The notes below the pieces were generated by a model. It was given only the letters and a program-made list of their open reading frames with translations, was not told the DNA's origin and made no database searches. Of a stretch of 64,000 nucleotides of DNA, positions 51,080 through 60,656 are shown piece by piece. The number at the start of each line of letters is the position of its first letter. The first letter of the stretch is position 1. The translations under genes were made by a program, and so were the position numbers. Source of the DNA: Ostreococcus lucimarinus (Eukaryota); the NCBI GenBank assembly GCA_000092065.1, contig CP000585.1; one strand, given 5' to 3'.

Positions 51080-51961
51080 CTACGAGGTTCTGTCGACGCT
51101 GGTTCGAGGCGAGCGCGACTCGGAACTTATCGATCTCGCCGACGCGTTCGACGTTCGACGCGCTTCGACGCCTCGACGCGACGGACTCATGGAACGATCG
51201 CTCTCGAAAGGCGACGTCGGCACGGACGACCCCGCGGGGCGCGTCTTACGATTCGCGAACGCGTCTCTCGCCGACCCGAAGGCGAATTGCCCGGACGCGC
51301 GTTTGGGCGACATCACGGGATCGTCGCTGACGTAATCGCTATCGCTCACCATCCCCCCCAGCGCTCTCACCTGTCTCTCCAGCGCCCTGTTCCTCTTCAG
51401 CAGCAGCGATATCTGTCCTTGCAGCAAGTTCACGATGTGTTCCTCCTCGCTCTCCAACGCGTTTTCCATTCGCACCTTCTCCTCCCTCAATCGCGCCGTC
51501 TCAAAGCTCAACCGATCCCGTTCTTTGCTCACGCTTTGATTCTCCCGTCCCAAATTTTCCAACACCGACGTCAGGCGGTGCATCATGCACTCTTGTTCGC
51601 GTTCCAACGCGTTTTCCATCTGCACCTTTTCCTCTTGCAGCGTTCGCAGGCGCCGTTCCAGCGCGTCGTCCACGCGTTGCGTCCGCATCGCGTGCGTCAG
51701 CGTCGCGTTCTCGTGCGTGAGAGCGTCGAGCTTTTTATTCAGCGTGCGCACGAGGAACTCCTCCTCCGCTTCGACCGTCTGCGCGAGTTTTTCCGCGCTC
51801 GAGCGCACGCGTCGTAATTCTTCCTCGAGCGTCGTCGTTTTCGCGCGCTCGAGCGCGAGCGCGCGCTCGAGCGACGCGCTCGCGTCGGCGTTGACGCCAT
51901 CGGGCGCGGCGTCGGCGTCCGAGCCGCTCGCGACGCGCGCGGTGCGGATGGGGTCGGGCAT
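51080..51961 (-). CDS. CCDC6: coiled-coil domain-containing protein 6 (CCDC6)-like
   Basis: Repeated EEEFLVRTLNKKLDAL, EQECMMHRLTSVLENL and EEEHIVNLLQGQISLL blocks match the CCDC6 EEEFISNTLFKKIQAL, EQEFQVNKLMKKIKKL and EQEALVNRLWKRMDKL pattern. Confidence 0.68.
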   Translation of the reverse strand: MPDPIRTARVASGSDADAAPDGVNADASASLERALALERAKTTTLEEELRRVRSSAEKLAQTVEAEEEFLVRTLNKKLDALTHENATLTHAMRTQRVDDALERRLRTLQEEKVQMENALEREQECMMHRLTSVLENLGRENQSVSKERDRLSFETARLREEKVRMENALESEEEHIVNLLQGQISLLLKRNRALERQVRALGGMVSDSDYVSDDPVMSPKRASGQFAFGSARDAFANRKTRPAGSSVPTSPFESDRSMSPSRRGVEARRTSNASARSISSESRSPRTSVDRTS

Positions 51962-52031
51962 GCGTTCAGGGCGAATTGTGACGCCGGGCGGTTGGCGCCG
52001 TCGGCGGTGGGTCGGTCGATGGGATTAAAAG

Positions 52032-55000
52032 CTAATGAGACGTGTCGTAATCGGCGTATCGTGGATTGGCGCGACGCTCGCGGGCGTCGATGGCGTGCCA
52101 ATCGAATTTGAGCTTCGGCGCGATTTTCTTCAAAGCGTCCGGAAACGAGAGATGCGGTCCGACGCCGCCGTGGCGGACGACGGCCCAAAACACGCGAGGG
52201 GAGGCGACGGCCATGGAGGGAGGAGAGAGATTGGCGCGCGCGGCGGCGTTGGTGTCGGCGTCGGCGGCGACGAGGGCGAGAACGATGGGGAGCATGGCGG
52301 CCGGGATGTCCTGAACGCAGTCAGTTTTCTTCTGGCGACGTCCGGTGGAGATGTCGACGGCTTCGTATTTTACCACCAATCGACCGTCGGCGAGCGTCGA
52401 GTATTCGACGGCACCGGAACGCGCGGCACCACATTTCATGTTACCTTCGGACTCCTTAGCGCGTTCCTCCACCATGGCTTGGAAAGCTGTCTGAAGCGAA
52501 CGAATCGAAGCGTCGTTCACGGCGCGCTTACCGCCCTCGGCGGCGCGAAGGAGATCGATGGACATCGCGCCGGCGGCGCCACCACCGGCGCCAGCGCCTC
52601 GAGGATCCTCGTCTGGATCTTGTAACATCATCTCCGTACTCGTCTCGGATTGCTTGAGTACGGTTTTGAGCCGTCTCTGCACCTTGGCATCCAAAACAGA
52701 CGTATCCAACGCCTTCGCGCGAGCTGCTTTCGTCAACTTTGGTTTCGCCCTGGTCGTCACGATCGTCGCGTCGGCTTGATGCATATCCGGAGCGTTCTCC
52801 GCCTGAAGATTGATCAAATCATTCGCTTGAATCCCAAGCAGCGCGATTGGCGTGCAGAGATCACGGTCGGTGAGCGCGCGCGGCGGGAAACCGCACCGAA
52901 CGACGAAGGCATCAATACTCGCGCCAATCCTTGAAGAAATGCGCGCGCGCATCGCGCTCACCGTCGTCTTGCCCGCATTCGGCAATGTAAAGTCTTTCAC
53001 AGCGCCTCCATCGTTAGGGTCGCGAACGCGCATGGTCCACGCCTCGGATTCATCGTCTTCAGCGATTTCTTCCCGATTGGGGACTCCCGATTGGGGACTC
53101 CCGATGCCGAGAACGCCCCCGTCACTAGCGCGCGCTTCCAATTCTCGCGCGCTCGCCTCAAGTGCCTCGCGCATCCAGCGCGCCTCTTCTTCTTCGCCTT
53201 TCTTCTTTCCATTTCCAAGCACGCGCCCGTCGCCGCCGTTTCGAATGCGCTCGAAGTGATCAGTCACCGCCTTGGCTTTTCTCGCCGCAGCTTCGTCCGA
53301 GCTCTTCGACGGGACGAGCTCGAGACGTTCGAGAATGCGTCGACGCGAAAGCGATTCTGCCACCACTGTTGGCGCCACGTCAGCTTCAGAATCTTCTGTG
53401 ACGTCGTGTCTCGTCGTCGCGTCGAGCGAATCTAGAGACATCTTTGTGCCATTGCGCGCGAGCTCCGATTGTACGTCCAACATGATTTCCTCCGCGGTGT
53501 TCGCCATGGCGAAAACTTTCACGCGGACGGTGTCTTTTTGGCCCATGCGGTGCGCTCGCGAAATGACCTGCTGTTCGAGCGACATATTCGAAAGCGGCTC
53601 CATGAGGAATACGTACGAAACAAACGATAGATCCAAGCCTTCAGCGGCGGCGCGGTTTAGAAGCAAAACGGCGCAGTCGGGATCGTTTTTGAAATTCTTG
53701 AGCGCTTGCTCGCGATCGTATCGACTTTGCCCGATTCTCGTTATGCTTTCGTGAGGAACGCGCGCACCATAAAGTGCTAGATCAATCGTGTCCAAATGTG
53801 GACGAAAATCGCTATAGATGATGCACTTTTTCGGTGGCGGCGCGGTTGGGGTGAAGTCTCGCAGCCTGAGCGGCGTCGCTGCGTCCAGCATACGTTTGCG
53901 GCGTCTACCTTGTTGCGTCGTTCCTTCGCGCGCCTGTGCGTTTGCGTTTAATCGACCACTCCAACCCGGCGTGTTTTCCGACATCCCGTTCGCTTCACGA
54001 GCGAAGAACGCGTCACGATCGTCTTGTTGCTTGACGATTTCCGCGCTCACGGCGGCGCCTATCTTTCGCAGTTCGGCGAGCAAATGATCCACTTTAGAAC
54101 TTTCACCCTGCGCGTACACACCGTCACCGCCCCGACTCTCGTCGACTTTCCACGAGTGTTGTTCGAGCTTTGGCTGAAGCTCGATCAAATCCTTCGGAAC
54201 TTCTTGCACTGGATTCAAGTTGTTGTCATGGTCCTCCTCCATGAAGTAGGCCGATCCACACACAGGACATCCTCGCGGCGCACGGTGCACCCCCGGTGGG
54301 AGCTCTGGTTCGTTCACTCTCTCATCTTCGACGTCCTTGCCATTCAACGTTTTGCCTTTCGGAGGACCGCGCATGACGCAACCGCAGCACAAGATGTGCG
54401 CGCAAGGAGTGACGAGCGGCATCAAGACTTTGTGCAAGCACAAATCGCATGTCCCTTTGCACTGCATCAACATGGGCGAGACGCGTCTCACGCGTGCCTT
54501 GCGTTCTTCATCGCCAAAACCTCGCTCTTTTAGAAGTTGCATCAAAGCGAGAATCGTCTCATCGAATTCATCAGAAGAGCACGTGATCGGCATCTGGCCG
54601 ACGACACACGCGGCTTCGCGGAGGTTGGTCACCGTCGCTGCCGCTTCTCGAACGTTTTTGGGATTCAGCAAAGACTCTGTGTGGTTGGGGTCGCCCCAAT
54701 CTGCCAAAAGTAAATTACGTTTGACGAACGCGACGAGATCATTGTATGAATCGGCGTGTACATCGCTGAATTGCAGCATTGACGTCGTGCGCTTGAGCGG
54801 CGGCAGCTCGATGTGCGACTTGCACGTTCTCACCATGCATCGCCGCAGAACGTCACCGAGACGCACAACGGCATCCGCCTGAGCGAAACGGTCTCTACCT
54901 TCAAGTGGACGCTGCACCGCAGTAGTCCAAAGCCCCGCACTCGTCCCGTAAGGAGGCTGACGTAGAAATCCGAGCAGCGGTTGCAAATGTGCCGTCCCCG

Positions 55001-57347
55001 CGCCTTTGAGCGTCGTCGGCGTCGGTGTTCCTGTCATGAGCCAACGTGCATGTGCCTTCAGTGCACACGCCACAGAAAGCTTGGCCGTGACAGCTAAAGA
55101 CGCCCCGAGCTGATGGCCTTCATCCAAAATCACTCGCTGCCAAAGAATGCGTAAAATCGGCGTATCAACTTTTGAAAACTCTGTGGAAAGTCGATTGATG
55201 GGCATGATGACAATGTCAAAGTCGTTTGCTAAATCTTTCGCATCGACATGCGCCAGATCATTCAAGTGCACGGGTTCCAAGCTACCTTCGGTCTTGTAAA
55301 CTGAGCTGAAGCCGTCCACTTTCGGTGGTTTGTCCAGCACCGCGACGCGCGGGACACCCTCACCGGTGATGTTCCAAGTGCAAAACGATATTTGCTGCAA
55401 CCAATGCTCGATGAGGACACTCGGAATGATGATTAACGTCGCGCTCGATAACCAGACACGCATCGGCTCGCTGCTACTCCCTCTGTTATCGACGACGCGT
55501 ATGGCGTCGTGAAGTGCTTGCTTGTCTAAGATGAGGTCCTCCGTCGCCGACCCGGGCGGCGCGTACGGAATCGCGTTTTCCAACTTGCCGACTCCAGTGT
55601 ACGGTTCCAACCCGAGTGCGCGAAAAATCGGAGGCTGGTCCGAATTTCTGCGAAAGAGTGGCATCGAAAGCGGCATCGCGTGCGACACTTCCTCGGTGTT
55701 TTCTAAAATGTAATCGACGACGTCGCACGTCGCGGCGCGTCCAACGTACACGACGCAGTTTCGAAGAATGCTTTCAAAGTAAGACGTGTTTCGCGCCAAA
55801 CGCGCTGAATCTTCCTTCAACCCCGTGCGCGCGATGAAACCAATGGGGGCGCTGTGTGCCGAGCACTCCAAACGTGTCTGCCAATCTGGAACTTCCACCG
55901 TCGTCGCAGCGGCTAACGCCTCGTACGCTTGTTTCTCTTCTAATTTCGAACGCTTTGCGCTCCTACTCATCGTGCCATCCAACCCATTCTTGCACACCGA
56001 AGCAAAATACCCCACTGGCGTGTTACCGGCTGAGCGTTTGCTTCGCCTCAGGCCGGAAGAGTTACCTCTCGAAGAACTTCCCGCGAACGCGGCAGATGTC
56101 TTCATCGGAGTAATTGCGGGCGTTTCGGCGTCGAGTGTCGGTACGGCAGCCATCACCGCAGGTGAACCGTATCCGCCCGCACCACCGGAGTTTGTGTCTT
56201 CGTAGTACCAACATGATTCCATCTTACGCGCCGTGTAACCGATCGGTGGTGAAGGTCGCCAACCTCGTCGCGCCAGCACGAGCGCGAGCGCAGTCACCGT
56301 CTTCCCCAATCCGGGCTCGTCGCACAGCATTCCTCCTTGCGAGTCTTCGTATACGTCGGGATGGTGATCGCTTAACTCCCCCTTTAAAGTGTGAAGCCAC
56401 AGCACACGACCGTCCTCGCAATCGATTGGCTTCCAAAGTGGATCGAGAATCGGCGGTAGACGAGCGCGTTCGCGCCGTCGCATCCATCCGAGCGCCGCGC
56501 GTTGGTGCGGATGTAAAGTCAACGCCAATCCCGGTGACGTCTCTTCCACGCGCGAACGAAATCCTCTGCACGTACACGCGAGCGTGCTCGCGCACTTCGG
56601 GTCTAAAAATCCTAAAATTCGCTCCACGACGTCCTCTGGCAAATCGCCCGCGCACAAATATCCCGGCGTCGCCGCCTTAATCGTCGCGTGCTCCCGCCGC
56701 ATCTCCGGCCGCAACTCCTCCAACACCGCGCTCAACGTCGCTCGACGATCGCCCACGTGCGTCTGGCATCCTAAAACTCCACAAAACGGTCGCTCATCAC
56801 TCGCCGCCGCCTCCATCGCCTCCGCGTCGAGCGTCGCCGCGTCCCTCGTCGACAAATGTCCAAACGTCGTGATTCGCGCCGCCCGGCTCATCCCTCGCAC
56901 CACCGCTCTCGAGACACCCTCAACCATCATCTCGCATCGACACACGAGCGTCTTCGTCGTCGAAACGTCCGCGCTCGACCCGTCGTCGCGCGTCCGCGCC
57001 GCGCCGTCGTCCAGCGCGCCGACGCACATCACCCGTCCGAGCGCGCCGAACGCCACGAACGCCCGCGCGAACGTTCCCGACGCGCGCACTTCGAACGTCC
57101 TCGCGCTCGCGTCGCTCGCGTCGCTCGCGTCGCGCTCGACGACGCATTCGAACGCGTCCGAGACGAAATCTTGATTCGTCTCGACCGACCTCGGCGCGAC
57201 GCGCAGGACGTCGCCCGCGCCGACGCGCGCGTCGGACGCGCACGTCAGCGCGATGTGCGCGCGCGCGCCATCGCGCGGCGCCATCGCGCGTCGCGGTCGC
57301 GCGGCGAGGCGCGCTCTGACGCGACCGGGACGGCGCCATCGCGGCAC
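52032..57347 (-). CDS. SNF2-family helicase with N-terminal F-box-like motif, RING finger and C-terminal ubiquitin-like region (Arabidopsis At3g54460 / RAD5-SHPRH-like)
   Basis: F-box-like LPEDVVERILGFLDPKCASTLACTCRGFR. SNF2 N-domain LCDEPGLGKT, DEGH box VILDEGHQLG. RING CDLCLHKVLMPLVTPCAHILCCGCV. Helicase C motifs LLNRAAAEGLDLSFVSYVFLMEP and QVISRAHRMGQ. Start could be 57347 or MAPRDG at 57284. Confidence 0.82.
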   Translation of the reverse strand: MPRWRRPGRVRARLAARPRRAMAPRDGARAHIALTCASDARVGAGDVLRVAPRSVETNQDFVSDAFECVVERDASDASDASARTFEVRASGTFARAFVAFGALGRVMCVGALDDGAARTRDDGSSADVSTTKTLVCRCEMMVEGVSRAVVRGMSRAARITTFGHLSTRDAATLDAEAMEAAASDERPFCGVLGCQTHVGDRRATLSAVLEELRPEMRREHATIKAATPGYLCAGDLPEDVVERILGFLDPKCASTLACTCRGFRSRVEETSPGLALTLHPHQRAALGWMRRRERARLPPILDPLWKPIDCEDGRVLWLHTLKGELSDHHPDVYEDSQGGMLCDEPGLGKTVTALALVLARRGWRPSPPIGYTARKMESCWYYEDTNSGGAGGYGSPAVMAAVPTLDAETPAITPMKTSAAFAGSSSRGNSSGLRRSKRSAGNTPVGYFASVCKNGLDGTMSRSAKRSKLEEKQAYEALAAATTVEVPDWQTRLECSAHSAPIGFIARTGLKEDSARLARNTSYFESILRNCVVYVGRAATCDVVDYILENTEEVSHAMPLSMPLFRRNSDQPPIFRALGLEPYTGVGKLENAIPYAPPGSATEDLILDKQALHDAIRVVDNRGSSSEPMRVWLSSATLIIIPSVLIEHWLQQISFCTWNITGEGVPRVAVLDKPPKVDGFSSVYKTEGSLEPVHLNDLAHVDAKDLANDFDIVIMPINRLSTEFSKVDTPILRILWQRVILDEGHQLGASLAVTAKLSVACALKAHARWLMTGTPTPTTLKGAGTAHLQPLLGFLRQPPYGTSAGLWTTAVQRPLEGRDRFAQADAVVRLGDVLRRCMVRTCKSHIELPPLKRTTSMLQFSDVHADSYNDLVAFVKRNLLLADWGDPNHTESLLNPKNVREAAATVTNLREAACVVGQMPITCSSDEFDETILALMQLLKERGFGDEERKARVRRVSPMLMQCKGTCDLCLHKVLMPLVTPCAHILCCGCVMRGPPKGKTLNGKDVEDERVNEPELPPGVHRAPRGCPVCGSAYFMEEDHDNNLNPVQEVPKDLIELQPKLEQHSWKVDESRGGDGVYAQGESSKVDHLLAELRKIGAAVSAEIVKQQDDRDAFFAREANGMSENTPGWSGRLNANAQAREGTTQQGRRRKRMLDAATPLRLRDFTPTAPPPKKCIIYSDFRPHLDTIDLALYGARVPHESITRIGQSRYDREQALKNFKNDPDCAVLLLNRAAAEGLDLSFVSYVFLMEPLSNMSLEQQVISRAHRMGQKDTVRVKVFAMANTAEEIMLDVQSELARNGTKMSLDSLDATTRHDVTEDSEADVAPTVVAESLSRRRILERLELVPSKSSDEAAARKAKAVTDHFERIRNGGDGRVLGNGKKKGEEEEARWMREALEASARELEARASDGGVLGIGSPQSGVPNREEIAEDDESEAWTMRVRDPNDGGAVKDFTLPNAGKTTVSAMRARISSRIGASIDAFVVRCGFPPRALTDRDLCTPIALLGIQANDLINLQAENAPDMHQADATIVTTRAKPKLTKAARAKALDTSVLDAKVQRRLKTVLKQSETSTEMMLQDPDEDPRGAGAGGGAAGAMSIDLLRAAEGGKRAVNDASIRSLQTAFQAMVEERAKESEGNMKCGAARSGAVEYSTLADGRLVVKYEAVDISTGRRQKKTDCVQDIPAAMLPIVLALVAADADTNAAARANLSPPSMAVASPRVFWAVVRHGGVGPHLSFPDALKKIAPKLKFDWHAIDARERRANPRYADYDTSH

Positions 57348-57435
57348 ACGGCGTCGCGCCGCGCCCGACGCCGCGCCGCGCGCGTTGAACGCTCGACGCG
57401 CGCGCCCGCGCGCTCGCGCTCGCGCGCGCCGCGCG
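57348..57435. promoter_or_regulatory. putative bidirectional promoter, SNF2/RING (-) / membrane protein (+), about 88 bp
   Basis: Inferred from the divergent start codons. Confidence 0.2.
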
Positions 57436-57654
57436 ATGGCGTCGAGCGCGCCCGCGGCGCGACGGCGTGGCGTCGCGAAACCACCGCTGATGCCGCGCGC
57501 GAACGAACGCGACGACGACGACGCGCCGGCGCGCGCCGCGCGGGACGGGGCGACGGCGACGGGGACGATGCGACGGACGCCGAGCTTTTCTGACGAGCTC
57601 GGACACTATTTCAAGGGGTTCGGCAGGCACGACGCGTACGCGGGAGGAGAGCAG
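57436..57654 (+). CDS. predicted multipass membrane protein, exon 1
   Basis: ATG 57436. MASSAPAARRR...SFSDELGHYFKGFGRHDAYAGGEQ ends at phase 0 before a GTGCGC donor at 57655. Confidence 0.4.
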
Positions 57655-57799
57655 GTGCGCGCGCGCGTCCCGCTCGCGCGCGAAGACTCGACTCGACGCG
57701 AAGGCGAACGACGACGCGCGGTGGGCGAGGGGCGAGACGGACGGGAAAACGAGGACTGACGATGGCGCGCGATGATTCGCGGGCGAACGATCGGCGCAG

Positions 57800-58438
57800 A
57801 TACGACCTTTGATGCGAGGATGGGTGCACTTCGCGTGCGTCGTGGCGGCGCTGACTGGACGAGGGCTGGGATACTTTAAGAACATGCCGGAACGCGCGTC
57901 GCTGTTCGTGCAGTGCACGATGTTGACGTATTTGGGGTCGACGTGCTTGCACATGGTGCCGTGGAAGACCGCGCTCGGGTACGATGTGGCGTTGGCGATG
58001 GATTTTATCGGGATATCGTGGGGCTTCACCTCGCACTCTATTTTGTGGACGGGCGGCGTGCACAGTTTTAGTCAATTCGGCGCGGTGGCGGTGTTCGCGT
58101 GCATGTGCTTGATGCAGGTGGCGGCGTTTAAACAAAAAAATAAACGCGTGTTGATGTTTATGCGTCGTCGGCGGCTGACGCTGATCCTTTTGAATATGAT
58201 TTTCCTGGGCGTCGTCGAGGCGAGAGCCATCGAGGATTTCAAGACGATGGTGGCGATTCAGGTCCTCTCCAAGATTGTCTCTCCGTGGTATTTCATGGCG
58301 TGCACGCGCTTCGACGCGAAGCACAAGTCATTCTTTGAGATTCAAGGCGTGTGGGGGCCGCATGAAAATTGGCACGTCATCATTCTCGTCGTGCACTTGC
58401 TGCAGCTCAAGGCGCTGCTGTCGCAAGACTCGTTTTGA
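57800..58438 (+). CDS. predicted multipass membrane protein, exon 2 (5-6 hydrophobic segments; HxxxH-like GPHENWHVIILVVHLL near the C-terminus)
   Basis: Acceptor cag 57797..57799. Frame IRPLMRGWVHFACVVAALTG joins ORF 57809..58438. 145-nt intron. Family not recognised; possibly PAQR/ceramidase-like. Confidence 0.4.
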   Translation: MRPLMRGWVHFACVVAALTGRGLGYFKNMPERASLFVQCTMLTYLGSTCLHMVPWKTALGYDVALAMDFIGISWGFTSHSILWTGGVHSFSQFGAVAVFACMCLMQVAAFKQKNKRVLMFMRRRRLTLILLNMIFLGVVEARAIEDFKTMVAIQVLSKIVSPWYFMACTRFDAKHKSFFEIQGVWGPHENWHVIILVVHLLQLKALLSQDSF

Positions 58439-58676
58439 CGCGTCGCGACGGAGATTGACGCGCCCGCGAGCGGACGAGATGCTCGCGAGGTGACGCGTAA
58501 TGGGGAGGCGTCAATAATATTGTACTTGAACGACGTATTGTTCGTGACGCGCGCGACGATGCTCGCTTGTAATTGGAAGAAGTGACGCGTTGTGACGCTC
58601 GCCTTCGCGCTCGGCCCGGCGCTCGCCGCACACTCCCGCGCGCTCGAGCTCGTCGTGCGTCGAGAGCGCGCGCGAC

Positions 58677-58740
58677 ATGTCGTTGAAGAAACTCTACGAG
58701 ACCCACCGCGCGGGTCAAGAGCAAGTCAAGCGCGAAGTCG
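58677..58740 (+). CDS. BLOC1S1: BLOC-1 subunit 1 (BLOS1/GCN5L1), exon 1
   Basis: ATG 58677. MSLKKLYETHRAGQEQVKREV matches human MLSRLLKEHQAKQNERKELQEK. Exon ends in phase 1 before GTGCGT at 58741. Confidence 0.65.
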
Positions 58741-58852
58741 GTGCGTCGTCGTCGTTCATTCGTTCGCTCGTTCGCGCTCGCGCGTAACACCAAACGCGCG
58801 CTCGCGCCGTGACTGACGCGCACCGCGCCGCGCGCGCGCCGTCTCGCTCCAG

Positions 58853-59172
58853 ATGCGCTGCGCAAAGAGACCGTCGCGCAGGTGTCCGCGCTCGCGGACG
58901 CGATGACGGATTCGGTGAACCACGGCGTGGTTGAGGTGTTTGAGAATCAAAAGCAAGTCGAGTCGTCGGCGCGCGCGCTGAACGAGACGGCGACGGCGTT
59001 TCGAGAGCGGTCGAGCGAGTGGGCGACGTCGCTGGAGGCGTTCGATAAAGAGCTTAGAGATATCGGGGATTTTGAAAATTGGGTCAAGGCGATGGAGCAC
59101 GATTTGGCGACGTTAGCGGCGGCGTTGGAAGCGAAGGTGAACGCGAAGGCGGCGAATGCGGCGGAAAAGTAG
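58853..59172 (+). CDS. BLOC1S1: BLOS1 exon 2
   Basis: Acceptor ccag at 58849..58852. Joined frame gives D-ALRKETVAQVSALADAMTDSVNHGVVEVFENQKQV...IGDFENWVKAMEHDLATLAAALE, matching human IGDVENWARSIELDMRTIATALE. Total 127 aa. Confidence 0.7.
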
Positions 59173-59250
59173 CGAGCGAGTATTGTACAGTAAACAACGA
59201 AGATCTAGCATGAATCGTAGCGTCATCATCGAATCAAATCGTTTCATGAC

Positions 59251-60184
59251 TCACGCGTCGGCGGCTTGCATTTCGACGTCGTCGTTCTTCTCTTTGTGCG
59301 CCGAGACGGCGTCGAACAGGGCGCATTTGACGGCGTACGACGCGAACATTTTCGATTGCTCTATCGCGAGCGATATCGCGTCTTGCGTCACCGTGCCGAG
59401 CGCGGAAACATCGCCTGCTTTCTCTAAATTCGATCCCGACGTCGGGGACATCGACATCGAGGCGAGCGACGCCGAAGACGTCGTCGTCGGACCGCCTCGC
59501 TTGATTTCCTTTTCGGCTTTGGCAATCTTCCCCTCCATGTCCGAGACTTGACTCGCGATGAGTTTTCGATTCGCCAGCAGCGTCGACGAACTGAGTGTGT
59601 TGACCCAATACTTCTTCGTCAACGAATCCAAGTTACGCGCGTCGAGCGAGCTCTTGAAAAAGCTCACATCCAACGAGTAATACTTGTTCGCGTGTACGCC
59701 AAAGTCTTCTATCTTGCTCTTTGGGATTCCTAGATTACTCGACGTCGACGGCTCCTCGGGCGCGGTGTATCCATCCGGATACGTCCGAAACGCTCCAATC
59801 TCCACCTTTTCCGCGCGACTCGTCCGGATCGGATCGATGACGATGGCTAAAAACGGTTCCCCGTACCTCTGATTCATGCTCTGCGTGTTCACGTCGATGC
59901 CCGACAACCAGCAGCCGTATCCTGGATGCGAGTGATACCACCCGACGACGTTTTCGTGTCTCCCGACCGCCTTACACGTGTGCGTATACTCCACCATGTA
60001 TTCATACGCCTCCGCCTGCGCGTTGACGCGCGTTTCCGTGCCTTCGACCGGGAGTTCGAACACGTCCAGCACGATGAAGGCGTCGTCCTTCGCGTACCCT
60101 TGCAGCATGCCCATGACTTCGATATCCCCACCGCGTTTGCAGTGCGCCGTCATCTTCATCAGCGCCAGCGCGGACACCTTTACC
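59251..60184 (-). CDS. CSN5: COP9 signalosome subunit 5 (CSN5/JAB1), exon 2 (MPN/JAMM domain onward)
   Basis: [19 protein letters not shown]...[17 protein letters not shown]...[18 protein letters not shown] (JAMM motif) ...AFRTYP...KIEDFGVH...[10 protein letters not shown] is highly similar to human CSN5. Confidence 0.88.
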
Positions 60185-60302
60185 CTAGAACATAAACGCG
60201 CGAGCGTTTCGCGCCGTCGTCAGTCGCCCGGACGCGTCGCGCGCGGCGTGCGACTCGAGAAAAGTGCGATTGCGAGCGCAATCTGCCGGGGACAACCGTT
60301 AC
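60185..60302 (-). other. spliceosomal intron (118 nt) of CSN5, donor GTAACG, acceptor TAG
   Basis: Joining exon 1 ...KPWARDPHYFK-R (phase 2) to exon 2 [11 protein letters not shown] reproduces human [23 protein letters not shown]. Confidence 0.7.
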
Positions 60303-60430
60303 CTCTTAAAGTAGTGAGGATCGCGCGCCCAAGGCTTTTGAGCGACGAGGAGCTTGTGCGCGACTTCATCGTATGCGTAGAGTTCGTCCGAGGTCGTGAT
60401 GGGAGGCGGGAGTGGTGGGTCTTCGTCCAT
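60303..60430 (-). CDS. CSN5: CSN5 exon 1
   Basis: ATG 60430..60428. MDEDPPLPPPITTSDELYAYDEVAHKLLVAQKPWARDPHYFK lies in the frame of ORF 60299..60535. Confidence 0.75.
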
Positions 60431-60656
60431 GTCGACGAGGGCGCGAGTGCGGCGCAGTCCGCGTTCGTTTGGTTTGGCTTGGTCCGTTCGATTAAATTTG
60501 ATATTACAGATGAATTTGATGATACACGAGTACAACAGTGAATGGTTTTAATGTCTCGAGGATTTAAATCGTTTCAGTTCGTCGCGTGCGGCGCCTTGCG
60601 CGCCGCCGCGGTGGATGTTTGTAGCACTGATGCTTTCTTGGTTTTCGCCTCTTTCT

